The notes below the pieces were generated by a model. That model did not search any database and had not been told where the DNA came from. It saw only the letters and a list, made by a program, of their open reading frames with translations. 49,394 bases of DNA, from positions 1 through 49,394 of the forward strand of contig JAGVZK010000021.1 of the NCBI GenBank assembly GCA_018302685.1. Direction: 5' to 3'. The DNA comes from Candidatus Woesearchaeota archaeon (GTDB taxonomy: Archaea > Nanobdellota > Nanobdellia > SCGC-AAA011-G17 > GW2011-AR20). Shown here piece after piece: positions 40,826 through 49,207 of the stretch (positions within the stretch are counted from its first letter, which is position 1; each line of letters starts with the position of its first letter). The position numbers were made by a program, and so were the translations under genes.

Positions 40826-40927
40826 GAGCTTGTAGCTTAGCCTGGCTAGAGCACTGGTCTTATATGACCGCCTTTGGTACAAATCTAAGAGAACCAGAGG
40901 TCCGGGGTTCAAATCCCCGCAAGCTCA
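40826..40927 (+). tRNA. tRNA-Ile (anticodon UAU) with a 27-nt canonical-position intron (40865-40891)
   Basis: Acceptor GAGCTTG/CAAGCTC, D stem GCTT/GAGC, anticodon stem CTGGT/ACCAG. Loop C-T-TAT-A | intron | A. Helix CTTA/TAAG is flanked by 3-nt bulges (BHB-like). T arm CGGGG-TTCAAAT-CCCCG. Confidence 0.8.
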
Positions 40928-40972
40928 TTTTTTGCCATAAAGTTTAAAAATAAGGTATGATCCGTGCTTAAA

Positions 40973-41362
40973 ATGAAAAATTTGATTAAAATAGCGCTGG
41001 TTTTAGGTATGTTTCATTCTTCCATGTACTCACAAGACAGAGATCCAGCAGGCCATCTGAAAACATTAATGAGAGATACTGACAAAGTTGAAATAGCATA
41101 CTGTGGGCTTGGTGGAAGAATTAGACTGGAGGAAGAATTAAAAAATGGATGGGTGTTAAAATATGCTGTTTATATGAGAGACACCAATTCAATTGTTCTT
41201 GAGTATGAAAATTATTCTAAACCAGGAAGAGATGGAATTTATTCCTCGAGAATTAACGATCCATATGGGTTAAGAAAGGAAGAAATATACGGCTCACCTG
41301 AAAAGTATGAAGAAATAAGAAAAGGGACAGTACAAAGGCTGACGGATTATCTTGAAGATTAG
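40973..41362 (+). CDS. hypothetical secreted protein
   Basis: ATG at 40973 (MKNLIKIALVLGMFHSSMYS, signal-like). The track start at 40964 is a GTG. Confidence 0.55.
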   Translation: MKNLIKIALVLGMFHSSMYSQDRDPAGHLKTLMRDTDKVEIAYCGLGGRIRLEEELKNGWVLKYAVYMRDTNSIVLEYENYSKPGRDGIYSSRINDPYGLRKEEIYGSPEKYEEIRKGTVQRLTDYLED

Positions 41363-41757
41363 GCTGTTTTAATTTTTTACCTTTCTAAAGTAAATTATTG
41401 GAGACTCGCTTGAAGAGAGATTTAAATCAGCGGCCGGATGGTTTTGTGCAAACCAATCTGATTTATCCCATTAGAAGAAGATTGAAAACTGGCAGGATGT
41501 TCTTTGCCTGATCGCAAATTTTAGATTTGACAAAAATGCAGGATCCTCAGCAGGAATTAATTTAAGCAATAATTGTTGCGTGATAAACTTGTTCAATCAT
41601 CACAGTTCAAACAAAGATCCAAGAAATATAGTATGGCTCAGTGAAACAGCAACGGGTCAAAATACAAAGATTCCTGCAAAATAATTAGGGAAAAGAATAT
41701 CTTCAAAGTAAAGAACAAGCAATTTGTTTGTGTAAAAAGAATTATCTGAGATTGGGT

Positions 41758-42648
41758 TCAGTTCTTCCTGATTTTCGCGACGAAGAATCCCTCTGTGTTG
41801 TTGTCCTGAGGCCACACCCTGACGCAGTTTTTAATTTCAGAATTGTAGCTTCTTCCCTCAAAATCAAGGATAGCCCCCTCAGTCTTCAAGCCGTGAAACT
41901 TTATTTTCTCTAATTTGGCATTCTCATATTTGCCAAGCAAAAAGTCTATCACACCCTCATTCTCTTCAGGCTCGAGGCTGCATGTGGAGTAGACGAGGCT
42001 TCCATTTTTATTCAGGATTCTAAAGGAATTGTCAATCAATCTTCTTTGGTCTCCGGCAAGCTTTCTGATCATCCCTGTATTGTAAATCCTGAGAGTTTCA
42101 AGGGACTTCCTTATTGCCCCGGTGCCGGAGCAGGGAGCATCAAGCAGTATTGAATCAAAGTTCTCCTTTATTGACGAGCCGCCCATCAGGGTGATGACTG
42201 TGTTCATAACCCCCAGCCTCTGAAGGTTCATGCTTAGAGCTTTAAGCCTTTTATAGTCATTGTCATTCGCTATTAACATCCCTTTATTACTCATGAGAGC
42301 AGCTATCTGTCCTGTCTTGCTCCCAGGCGCTGCACTGACATCAAGTATCTTGTCTTTGATGTCCAAAACCAGGGGAGGCAACATTGACGCGGCTTCCTGG
42401 ACATAAAAGTAGCCTAAAAAATGTTCGTTAAGATTCCCAAGAGTAGCTCTTGAATTTACATAGAAGCCGTCATCAGTCCATGGAATTTTTTCCAGATCCA
42501 GATTAAGTCTCTTTTTCAAATCACTCACTGAAATCTTCAGTGTATTCACCCTTATTGACTTTCTCAGGTCCATCAGACAGTACCTCTTAAACTCTTCAAT
42601 ATCTGTCAGCTTTCCATATCTTTCCGTGAATTTTTGTTTGAATTCCAT
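41758..42648 (-). CDS. NOL1/NOP2/Sun-family RNA cytosine-C5 methyltransferase
   Basis: 296 aa with SAM motif LDVSAAPGSKTG and catalytic Cys motifs LLDAPCSGTGAIRK and GSLVYSTCSLEPEENE. Confidence 0.9.
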   Translation of the reverse strand: MEFKQKFTERYGKLTDIEEFKRYCLMDLRKSIRVNTLKISVSDLKKRLNLDLEKIPWTDDGFYVNSRATLGNLNEHFLGYFYVQEAASMLPPLVLDIKDKILDVSAAPGSKTGQIAALMSNKGMLIANDNDYKRLKALSMNLQRLGVMNTVITLMGGSSIKENFDSILLDAPCSGTGAIRKSLETLRIYNTGMIRKLAGDQRRLIDNSFRILNKNGSLVYSTCSLEPEENEGVIDFLLGKYENAKLEKIKFHGLKTEGAILDFEGRSYNSEIKNCVRVWPQDNNTEGFFVAKIRKN

Positions 42649-42720
42649 AATGTCCTAATAAAGAAACCTTTTTATATAAATTATTCCATATTTTATGTAT
42701 AAATCGGAGGTGATTTTATA

Positions 42721-42885
42721 ATGGCAAAGAGTGGAGCATCCGCTTGCCCAGCATGGTTGGCTTGGGTGACGCTTGTTATTGGGGTTTTGTATTTGATAGC
42801 AGACTTCGGTTGGTTCAACTGGGGAGTTAGCTGGTACACAGCATTGTTTGTTCTGGCGGGTTTATATTACGTTACAATGAAATAA
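42721..42885 (+). CDS. small two-TM membrane protein (54 aa, below the ORF-track cutoff)
   Basis: ATG at 42721 preceded by GGAGGTGA (7-nt spacer). Sequence MAKSGASACPAWLAWVTLVIGVLYLIADFGWFNWGVSWYTALFVLAGLYYVTMK. TAA at 42883-42885. Confidence 0.55.
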   Translation: MAKSGASACPAWLAWVTLVIGVLYLIADFGWFNWGVSWYTALFVLAGLYYVTMK

Positions 42886-42956
42886 CCCTCTTTCTTTTTT
42901 TATCATAAACTATTTAAACAGAAAATTCAGTCAAATGCTGCAAGGGGGTAATATCA

Positions 42957-43826
42957 ATGAAAAGAATAAATACATGGCAGATAACCACAATGGTTCTTGC
43001 TGTTTTGTTTGTCTTGAGCTTGTTCAATGTTTTCAGCTTCAGTTCAGGAAATAAGATAACTGGAAATGCTGTGGTGTTCATAAACGAAAACCTGCTTGAT
43101 GGAACTTCGCAGGCAGTTCTTCAGAATACTGAAAAAGTAAGCGGGGTTTACAAAGTATCAATGCTTATAGACAATCAGCCTTTCGAGTCCTACATAACAA
43201 TGGACGGAAAGCTTCTGTTCCCTACGGCAGTGCCTTTGGATTCAGAAATACAGGCTGTGCAGAACACTCAGCCTCAGATTATTGACGTCGAGGCGGCAGA
43301 CGGCCCATTTTTAGGGCCTGAAGACTCTGAGAATGTTGTGATTGTATTTTCAGATTTTGAATGCCCCTTCTGCGGTTTGGCATTTGATGATGCTGCAGGA
43401 AAGGCAAGATTCGGCCAGAGTTATGAGGCAGCGGTTCCAATTCTGGAACAATTGGCGGAGGAGGGAAAGATAAAATTTGTTTACAGGCATTTTCCACTGA
43501 GCTTCCATCCAAATGCGATGAATGCAGCTCTTGCATCAGAATGCGCTAATGAGCAGGATATGTTCTGGAAGTATCATGACTTGTTGTTCATGAACCAGGA
43601 TGCCTTGGTATTAAATGACCTTAAGCAGTATGCATCCGACTTGGGGCTGAACACTGTGCAGTTCAATGAATGCCTCGATTCCAAGAAACACTCAGACAAG
43701 ATAAACAAAGACATAGCAGATGGTTCAAGCTATGGAGTTTCAGGAACGCCTGCATTCTTCGTGAATGGATATCTCCTCGAAGGATCACAGCCATTCAGTA
43801 AGTTTGAGCCGGCGCTAAATTTATAA
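42957..43826 (+). CDS. DsbA-family thiol-disulfide oxidoreductase, membrane-anchored
   Basis: 289 aa with an N-terminal TM helix, the thioredoxin-fold CPFC active site (FSDFECPFCG) and GVSGTPAFFVNG (cis-Pro loop). Confidence 0.88.
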   Translation: MKRINTWQITTMVLAVLFVLSLFNVFSFSSGNKITGNAVVFINENLLDGTSQAVLQNTEKVSGVYKVSMLIDNQPFESYITMDGKLLFPTAVPLDSEIQAVQNTQPQIIDVEAADGPFLGPEDSENVVIVFSDFECPFCGLAFDDAAGKARFGQSYEAAVPILEQLAEEGKIKFVYRHFPLSFHPNAMNAALASECANEQDMFWKYHDLLFMNQDALVLNDLKQYASDLGLNTVQFNECLDSKKHSDKINKDIADGSSYGVSGTPAFFVNGYLLEGSQPFSKFEPALNL

Positions 43827-44340
43827 ATTTTTTTTAATTTTAGAATCATATAGGCAAGAAACCTCAGCAGTTTACTACTGAGATGAATTGCCAATAGGAT
43901 TCCAAACAAGATGGAGGAAAAATATCCTGGGGCAAAGCACTCAATACTGAACTCATTCCTTGAGATTCTTCCTTTATTAAAGGAGAAATACAAAAACTCG
44001 GATTATAAAATAAAATACTTCATGAAATGCAACGAGCCATCTTCAAAGGATATATGCTAGAAGTGCGAAATATTAGACAAGGTTTAAATATTCTTTTGAC
44101 AAATTATAATTATGAAAACATTTATCCGCAGCAAGCATTTTCACAACAAAATCCCGGAAATAAGAAGTATATTAGAAAGTAAAGACCATACTATTTCCTC
44201 GGGGGAATTTCCAGAGTTCATCGTTCCAATGTTCAACCAACAAGACTTTATTGTCCACATGGATAACAGGACTGGAAGCCATAGTGAATTTTAATTTCCT
44301 GTTGTTCTTTCCAATCGCATCATAATTCTTTAATTCCCTC

Positions 44341-44826
44341 TTAGAGACTGACCTGCTTCCGGAACTTGCTGTCAAGAACATAGTTCCCCTTGATTTCTGA
44401 AAAGAACACCTGGCATATCTTATCACCCGCATTTATCTTCACTCTGACATTGTTGACGTTCTTTATTTCAAGAACCTGCTTGTTGCTCACGCCCGGATGA
44501 ATGAAGCTTGATGCCGCATGGACAGTGATCCCAAGCCTTGCAAACGTGCTCCTCCCCTCTAATCTTCCGGCAAGATTCTTCAGCGTCAGCTTCTCCTTCG
44601 TGATTCCAAGAATGAATTGCCCCGGCTCCAGAACTATCTGGCTCTTTGTCATCAGTTTGCTGTACTTCTTGTAGTCCTGGCTCATGACATCCTTGTAAAA
44701 GAACCTAAACTTGTTATCCAGCGTCAGATCAATCGAGCTGCCCTTTATACTGTCTTTATTAAAAGGCTCCACCTTCAGGCCCCCAATCTTAATCGCCTTC
44801 AGTATCTCCTCCTTTCCAAGAATCAT
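44341..44826 (-). CDS. dcd: dCTP deaminase/dUTPase-family protein
   Basis: 161 aa with SIDLTLDN, GRLEGRSTFARLGITVH and ICQVFF. Typical of the dCTP deaminase family. Confidence 0.8.
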   Translation of the reverse strand: MILGKEEILKAIKIGGLKVEPFNKDSIKGSSIDLTLDNKFRFFYKDVMSQDYKKYSKLMTKSQIVLEPGQFILGITKEKLTLKNLAGRLEGRSTFARLGITVHAASSFIHPGVSNKQVLEIKNVNNVRVKINAGDKICQVFFSEIKGNYVLDSKFRKQVSL

Positions 44827-44859
44827 ATTCTTTAAATAACTTAAGATTATATAAAGATT

Positions 44860-45255
44860 ATGAAATTAAGGGCGCTGTTAGCATCACTTTTGGTATTTTC
44901 CTCTTCCCTCGGGCAGGAGCCCCCGATTTACGAGACGATAAAAGAGCTGCAAAGGCTTGAAAGAAGGTTTACAGTGCTTGAGTTCGGGGAATTAGAGCTA
45001 GATCTTAGGAAGCAGAGAGCGACATATCCCCTCGGAAGAAGCACTCTTTATTTTGACGTGAAGGAGGGGAATTATGGAGAACCTTTATATCTTGTAAAAT
45101 ACAATTTTTACCTTGAAGATGTACCGTCATTTATCAAAGGGCTACGAAGAACTGCATGGGGGCGAGCAGATAAAAAAGCTGAAAGTTATTCAGGAAAATA
45201 TGAAGATAATCCCTCCGCTTCTAGACATAGGCTGCGGAACTGGAATATCCACTGA
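44860..45255 (+). CDS. hypothetical secreted protein (3' end uncertain)
   Basis: 131 aa with a signal-like N-terminus MKLRALLASLLVFSSSLG. The last ~47 codons overlap the methyltransferase gene in another frame. Confidence 0.4.
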   Translation: MKLRALLASLLVFSSSLGQEPPIYETIKELQRLERRFTVLEFGELELDLRKQRATYPLGRSTLYFDVKEGNYGEPLYLVKYNFYLEDVPSFIKGLRRTAWGRADKKAESYSGKYEDNPSASRHRLRNWNIH

Positions 45256-45598
45256 TTTCTTCAATGTAAATTCAACAGGGATAGACAACTGCAGGGAGAT
45301 GATTGGAAAGAAAAAAAACCTGAAGTTCGGAGATGCAGAAAAACTCCCGTTTAAGGACAGGTCATTCAACACCGTGATTTCAGTGACCGCATTCCACAAC
45401 ATAAAAAATATGAAAAAGGCGATGAAGGAAGCCATAAGAGTGTCAAAGAACAATAATATATGCATATCATTCCTTAAAAAATCAAAAAAACTCAATGAAT
45501 TCCGAAAGCTGTTCAGAAAATGCTTCAAAAATTATAGAGAAATAGAAGAAGAAAAGGATATTATCTTTCTTTCATCTTCCTTACCATGTCATCCCTGA
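45113..45598 (+). CDS. class I SAM-dependent methyltransferase
   Basis: 161 aa with motif I LLDIGCGTGIST and FGDAEKLPFKDRSFNTVISVTAFHNI. The N-terminal YRHLSKGYEELHGGEQ is typical of this small MTase family. Confidence 0.8.
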   Translation: MKMYRHLSKGYEELHGGEQIKKLKVIQENMKIIPPLLDIGCGTGISTDFFNVNSTGIDNCREMIGKKKNLKFGDAEKLPFKDRSFNTVISVTAFHNIKNMKKAMKEAIRVSKNNNICISFLKKSKKLNEFRKLFRKCFKNYREIEEEKDIIFLSSSLPCHP

Positions 45599-47321
45599 AG
45601 TTATCCGCATCTCTCTTTGGTATTTCTTTCGAAGGGAACAACCTTTTTGGCTGCGTCCTCAGCCTGTTTCTCTTTTCCATCACCCTTTCCCTCATCGATT
45701 TTCCCTCTTCAAAATGCTTGTTGTAGTCCCCTTCATAAACATCGCCCCTCTTAGTTGGTTTCTTTCTGAAGAAGACGAAATAAACAATTGCCGCTACAAC
45801 GATTATCAGTATCAGCCATAACAGTGTTGGACTTCCTCCATTGGCGCCGACAACAAATCCTGTGACTTTTTGGAATCCTGTTCTGTCATCAACGAGCTCA
45901 ACATCAACCTGAATATCACCATAGTCAGAGCTTACAGAAGCTGTGTAGACTCCTTGGCTTACCCATCCCCTAAGATCATAGCTTCCAATCTCGGAAGGCT
46001 TCAGGCTGTAACTGAAATCAACTGTACTTCCACCTATCAAGACATTGAAGTCATCGCTCAAATCGACATTTCCCACATTCTTAACCTTCAGCCTGTTGTC
46101 TTCAAAATAAGCATCAATCTTTTCAAGTGTGTTCACAGTAAATTCCCTTTCAACATTGAAGTCAGGGCTCTCAAATACAGCCTTGTAAATTCCCGGAGCG
46201 GTATAATCCTCAACTTCATACGTAGAGCTTTCTCCCGAATTGATTTCGGACAGTCCTATCTTCTCTCCTTTCGGATTGAGTATCCTCACGCTTATTTCAT
46301 CCTGATAAATATAATCCGCCTTGTCGTATATTGTTGCACCAAGGCTTATGCTGTCGCCTGGAAGGACGCTGTCTCCTATCTCCACATCCATCCTATCGGG
46401 CACTGAAATTATTTCATATCCTAATGTCTCAAGATAAAAATTACCATAGCTGTCAACTATTCTCACCAAGATTGTATGGCTTCCACCCCCTAAGGTGCCC
46501 AATTTGACATCATATTCAAAGCCGGCGCTGTAAAAATTCAAAGTTTCCGACTTGCCTTCATACTCTATGTATACTTCGTATGAATCAGCGTCATCAACGG
46601 CTCCAAGAATCTTTAGGTTGTTTCCCTGCAGAACTTCATATGTTTCAAGACTCACCCTTGCAGTAAGCTCATTGATCACCTGAATCTTCTGTGCAAAGGT
46701 GAATATGTGGCTGTTCCCATAATAATCATAAACCTCAACCTGGAGGTCATAGTCCCCTGCAGGAAGGCTGTCAAGAATGAAATTGTACGCTATGTCTCCG
46801 TTTGTTATGTCAAAGCTGTCAACCAAGAACTCCTCTGAATCCTTGCTCAATGTCAATATTCCAAACCCGCTTATTCTATCATCACTCAGCCTGTAGACAT
46901 CACCCTCAACATTCAAGGGCTCCCCTAATTTTATCCTTGTGCTCGTTACAAAAATATCACCCTTCAGCTCATCTGTAACCTGAAAGTCCTCTGAATCTTC
47001 ATTCTCATCATTGAAGTCCGCATTAAAATGGCATATCCCATTTGAATTCACAGGGAGGTTGACATCCTGAGCGAAGTAGTAATTCTGATTGTTGCTGACA
47101 TGTATCATCTTTCCTGAGAGGATCTGGGAATCGCCCCCGCAGACCAGATAAAGCCTGAATATATCATCAACATTCGAATCGCTCAGAACATAGCCCTGAA
47201 CTTCAACGACATCACCCATATTGTACTCTTCATAGAAATCATTATTAAACGTAATATCCGCGCTAACAAAAGGAACAATAAATAAGGCAAGCAAAACCAA
47301 CAACAAGATCTTTTTCATCAA
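45561..47321 (-). CDS. hypothetical surface protein (signal peptide, C-terminal TM anchor, cytoplasmic tail)
   Basis: 586 aa. MMKKILLLVLLALFIVPFVSA is a signal peptide. A beta-rich acidic ectodomain follows, then TM LLWLILIIVVAAIVYFVFF and a basic tail. Its 3' end converges on and overlaps the MTase gene by 38 nt. Confidence 0.7.
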   Translation of the reverse strand: MMKKILLLVLLALFIVPFVSADITFNNDFYEEYNMGDVVEVQGYVLSDSNVDDIFRLYLVCGGDSQILSGKMIHVSNNQNYYFAQDVNLPVNSNGICHFNADFNDENEDSEDFQVTDELKGDIFVTSTRIKLGEPLNVEGDVYRLSDDRISGFGILTLSKDSEEFLVDSFDITNGDIAYNFILDSLPAGDYDLQVEVYDYYGNSHIFTFAQKIQVINELTARVSLETYEVLQGNNLKILGAVDDADSYEVYIEYEGKSETLNFYSAGFEYDVKLGTLGGGSHTILVRIVDSYGNFYLETLGYEIISVPDRMDVEIGDSVLPGDSISLGATIYDKADYIYQDEISVRILNPKGEKIGLSEINSGESSTYEVEDYTAPGIYKAVFESPDFNVEREFTVNTLEKIDAYFEDNRLKVKNVGNVDLSDDFNVLIGGSTVDFSYSLKPSEIGSYDLRGWVSQGVYTASVSSDYGDIQVDVELVDDRTGFQKVTGFVVGANGGSPTLLWLILIIVVAAIVYFVFFRKKPTKRGDVYEGDYNKHFEEGKSMRERVMEKRNRLRTQPKRLFPSKEIPKRDADNFRDDMVRKMKER

Positions 47322-47599
47322 ATTTCACCTCTCCACAATTGAAAATACATAGAAGTAAATGCATGACTAATATATAAACATTACTAAACAAAATTCAAAA
47401 AATATATAAAGAAATATATTTCTCAAAATATAGCAAAAAAAGAGGTGGTTGGATGAAAGATTCCTACGAAGAGGACTTTGAGTTCAAATCCAGGGATGAC
47501 TGGGAAGACGAGGAAGAGGAGTACCTTGAGCCCGAATATGATGATGTTGAGTGACTTTCTTTTTCTCTTTTTTTTATTGACTTCACAAAAGAGAGTATA

Positions 47600-47743
47600 T
47601 CCCCACTGCCGGAGTTGAACCAGCAACCTCTCCCGGATAATAGTTTATCTTTCGGTGACGGCTGAATATTTTTCATTCTTAGCATTATAGCCACGTCAAA
47701 CATCCTCTACAGCCGAATGCTCTACCAATTGAGCTAAGTGGGG
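47600..47743 (-). tRNA. tRNA-Tyr (anticodon GUA) with a 50-nt intron (47657-47706) and a second ~21-nt insertion (about 47630-47650)
   Basis: Minus-strand fold: acceptor CCCCACT/AGTGGGG (C1:G72, A73, the archaeal Tyr identity set), D arm GCTC-AATTGGTA-GAGC, anticodon stem TTCGG/CCGAA with loop CTGTAG|intron|A, T arm GCTGG-TTCAACT-CCGGC. Subtracting a 73-nt mature tRNA from 144 nt leaves 71 nt of insertions. Confidence 0.8.
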
Positions 47744-47864
47744 ATAAATAGATTCAACAAATATAATTTATAAATTTAACCAAAAAGATTATAAACCAAA
47801 TTTCAAGAGAAACTTCCATGAAGAATCTCGAAAACCTTATAAATAAGCAGAATTATCTAATTTT

Positions 47865-48953
47865 ATGACTTACACCAAGATAAAAATTCATGAGCCTAAT
47901 CTTGAAGTAAGAAAGAAAAGTTTTCTTGCAGATAAAAAAATTCCAAAAGAAGATAGAGATGATATGATGGAATTTCTAAGATTAGCAAGTCTTGGAAAAA
48001 TAAATTTAAGAAAGAAGATAGGAAACAGCAGGCTTCTAAAATATATAGAAAATTTAAGAGTGTGTTTTTATTATTTCAAGAAGCCATTTAGCCATATAAC
48101 TTTAAATGACATGGAGAATTTTGAAAGGGATCTAAGCAGTAATAAAATAAAAAATGCAAGAAATAACAAGCCTTATTCTGAAAATACAAAATGCGATTTC
48201 AAGAAAGCATTGAAGATTTATCTTAAATGGAAATTAAGGGATAATGCTTCAAAATTTGCTGAATTGACTAATTGGCTTGATACAATACCAAAGAATAAAA
48301 CTCCAGAATATCTCAAGGAAGATGATGTTGTTAAACTGTTTAAAGGTTGCAAGGATAACAGGCAGAGATTCTTGATTGCTGTTTTGTTTGATGCAGGTTG
48401 TAGGATTGAAGAGTTCTTGAATATAAGAAAGGAAGATATAGAAGAGCCTAATGCGAATAGCCCTTATTACAAAATAACTCTGAAAGAGGAGTACAGCAAA
48501 ACAAAAGGAAGAACAGTAGGATTGTATTGGCAGTATAGCACAGAAGCCATAAAAGATTATTTGTCAGAGCATTATCTTAAACCATCTGAGCCTGTTTATA
48601 CAGGAAAATATGATGATACAAGATTTTTCCTTAAGAGGTTAGGTCAAAGGGTTTTGAAGAGAAGAATCTATGCTCATTTATTTAGGCATAGTTCAGCAAC
48701 TTATTATGCTTCAAAGATGAACAGACAGCAGTTATGTTATAGGTTTGGTTGGGCATTTTCTTCAAGAATGCCTGATGTTTATATTTCAAGAGCTGGAATG
48801 GTTGAAGAGAAAATTAGTGAGCAATTCAAGAATGAAGAGCTAAGTGTTTTAAGGGAAAGATTGGATAAGTATGAACAGTTATTGAAGATAGTTCTTGATA
48901 ATGGGAAACAAACTTTAATGAATGTGAAAGAGAATGTTAAGAAACAAAACTAA
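47865..48953 (+). CDS. tyrosine recombinase / phage-type integrase
   Basis: 362 aa. Box I is AVLFDAGCRIEEFLNIRKEDI, box II is HLFRHSSATYYA, and the catalytic Tyr region is GWAFSSRMPDVYISR. AT-richer than the core genes. Confidence 0.85.
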   Translation: MTYTKIKIHEPNLEVRKKSFLADKKIPKEDRDDMMEFLRLASLGKINLRKKIGNSRLLKYIENLRVCFYYFKKPFSHITLNDMENFERDLSSNKIKNARNNKPYSENTKCDFKKALKIYLKWKLRDNASKFAELTNWLDTIPKNKTPEYLKEDDVVKLFKGCKDNRQRFLIAVLFDAGCRIEEFLNIRKEDIEEPNANSPYYKITLKEEYSKTKGRTVGLYWQYSTEAIKDYLSEHYLKPSEPVYTGKYDDTRFFLKRLGQRVLKRRIYAHLFRHSSATYYASKMNRQQLCYRFGWAFSSRMPDVYISRAGMVEEKISEQFKNEELSVLRERLDKYEQLLKIVLDNGKQTLMNVKENVKKQN

Positions 48954-48958
48954 AATTA

Positions 48959-49207
48959 TTAATGACGGATAATCACATTAGAAACATGCCCAATGCTAAA
49001 ATCCTTACCCACTTTTAATTTATTAATTTGAGAACGAATAACAGGATTTAGATAATAAAGACCTTTAATTTTTTCATTCTTTAATTCTCCTTCTCTTACA
49101 AGGACTACTCCCATATTTATTAAATCCTGAACACTTTTATCTACTCTTCTAAAACTTGGAAATTTAAGTTTCTTTTTTAAAAAATTTATAGCTTCTGATT
49201 GGGGCAT
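48959..49207 (-). CDS. hypothetical small protein
   Basis: 82-aa ORF convergent with the integrase gene. An upstream in-frame TAA limits any extension. No family recognised. Confidence 0.35.
   Translation of the reverse strand: MPQSEAINFLKKKLKFPSFRRVDKSVQDLINMGVVLVREGELKNEKIKGLYYLNPVIRSQINKLKVGKDFSIGHVSNVIIRH

Noticed and set aside
43730-44432. Short ORFs in the dsbA-dcd gap. These are 43730-43993 (-), 44112-44294 (+), 44172-44432 (-), and a 50-codon ORF at 43911 whose YPGAKHSILNSFLEILP faintly recalls the N-terminus of D12-class adenine methyltransferases.
   Set aside because: The minus-strand ORFs overlap the ends of dsbA or dcd. The methyltransferase resemblance rests on a few residues, and no DPPY or SAM motif follows. 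The evidence is too weak to call a gene or pseudogene.
47423-47703. Two minus-strand ORFs (67 and 79 aa) covering the tRNA-Tyr region.
   Set aside because: They overlap the tRNA gene and its introns, have low-complexity Ser/Lys-rich translations, and show no RBS.
47657-47706. C/D-box sRNA embedded in the tRNA-Tyr intron, as known for some archaeal tRNA-Trp introns.
   Set aside because: No RUGAUGA C box and no CUGA D box are present in the 50-nt intron.
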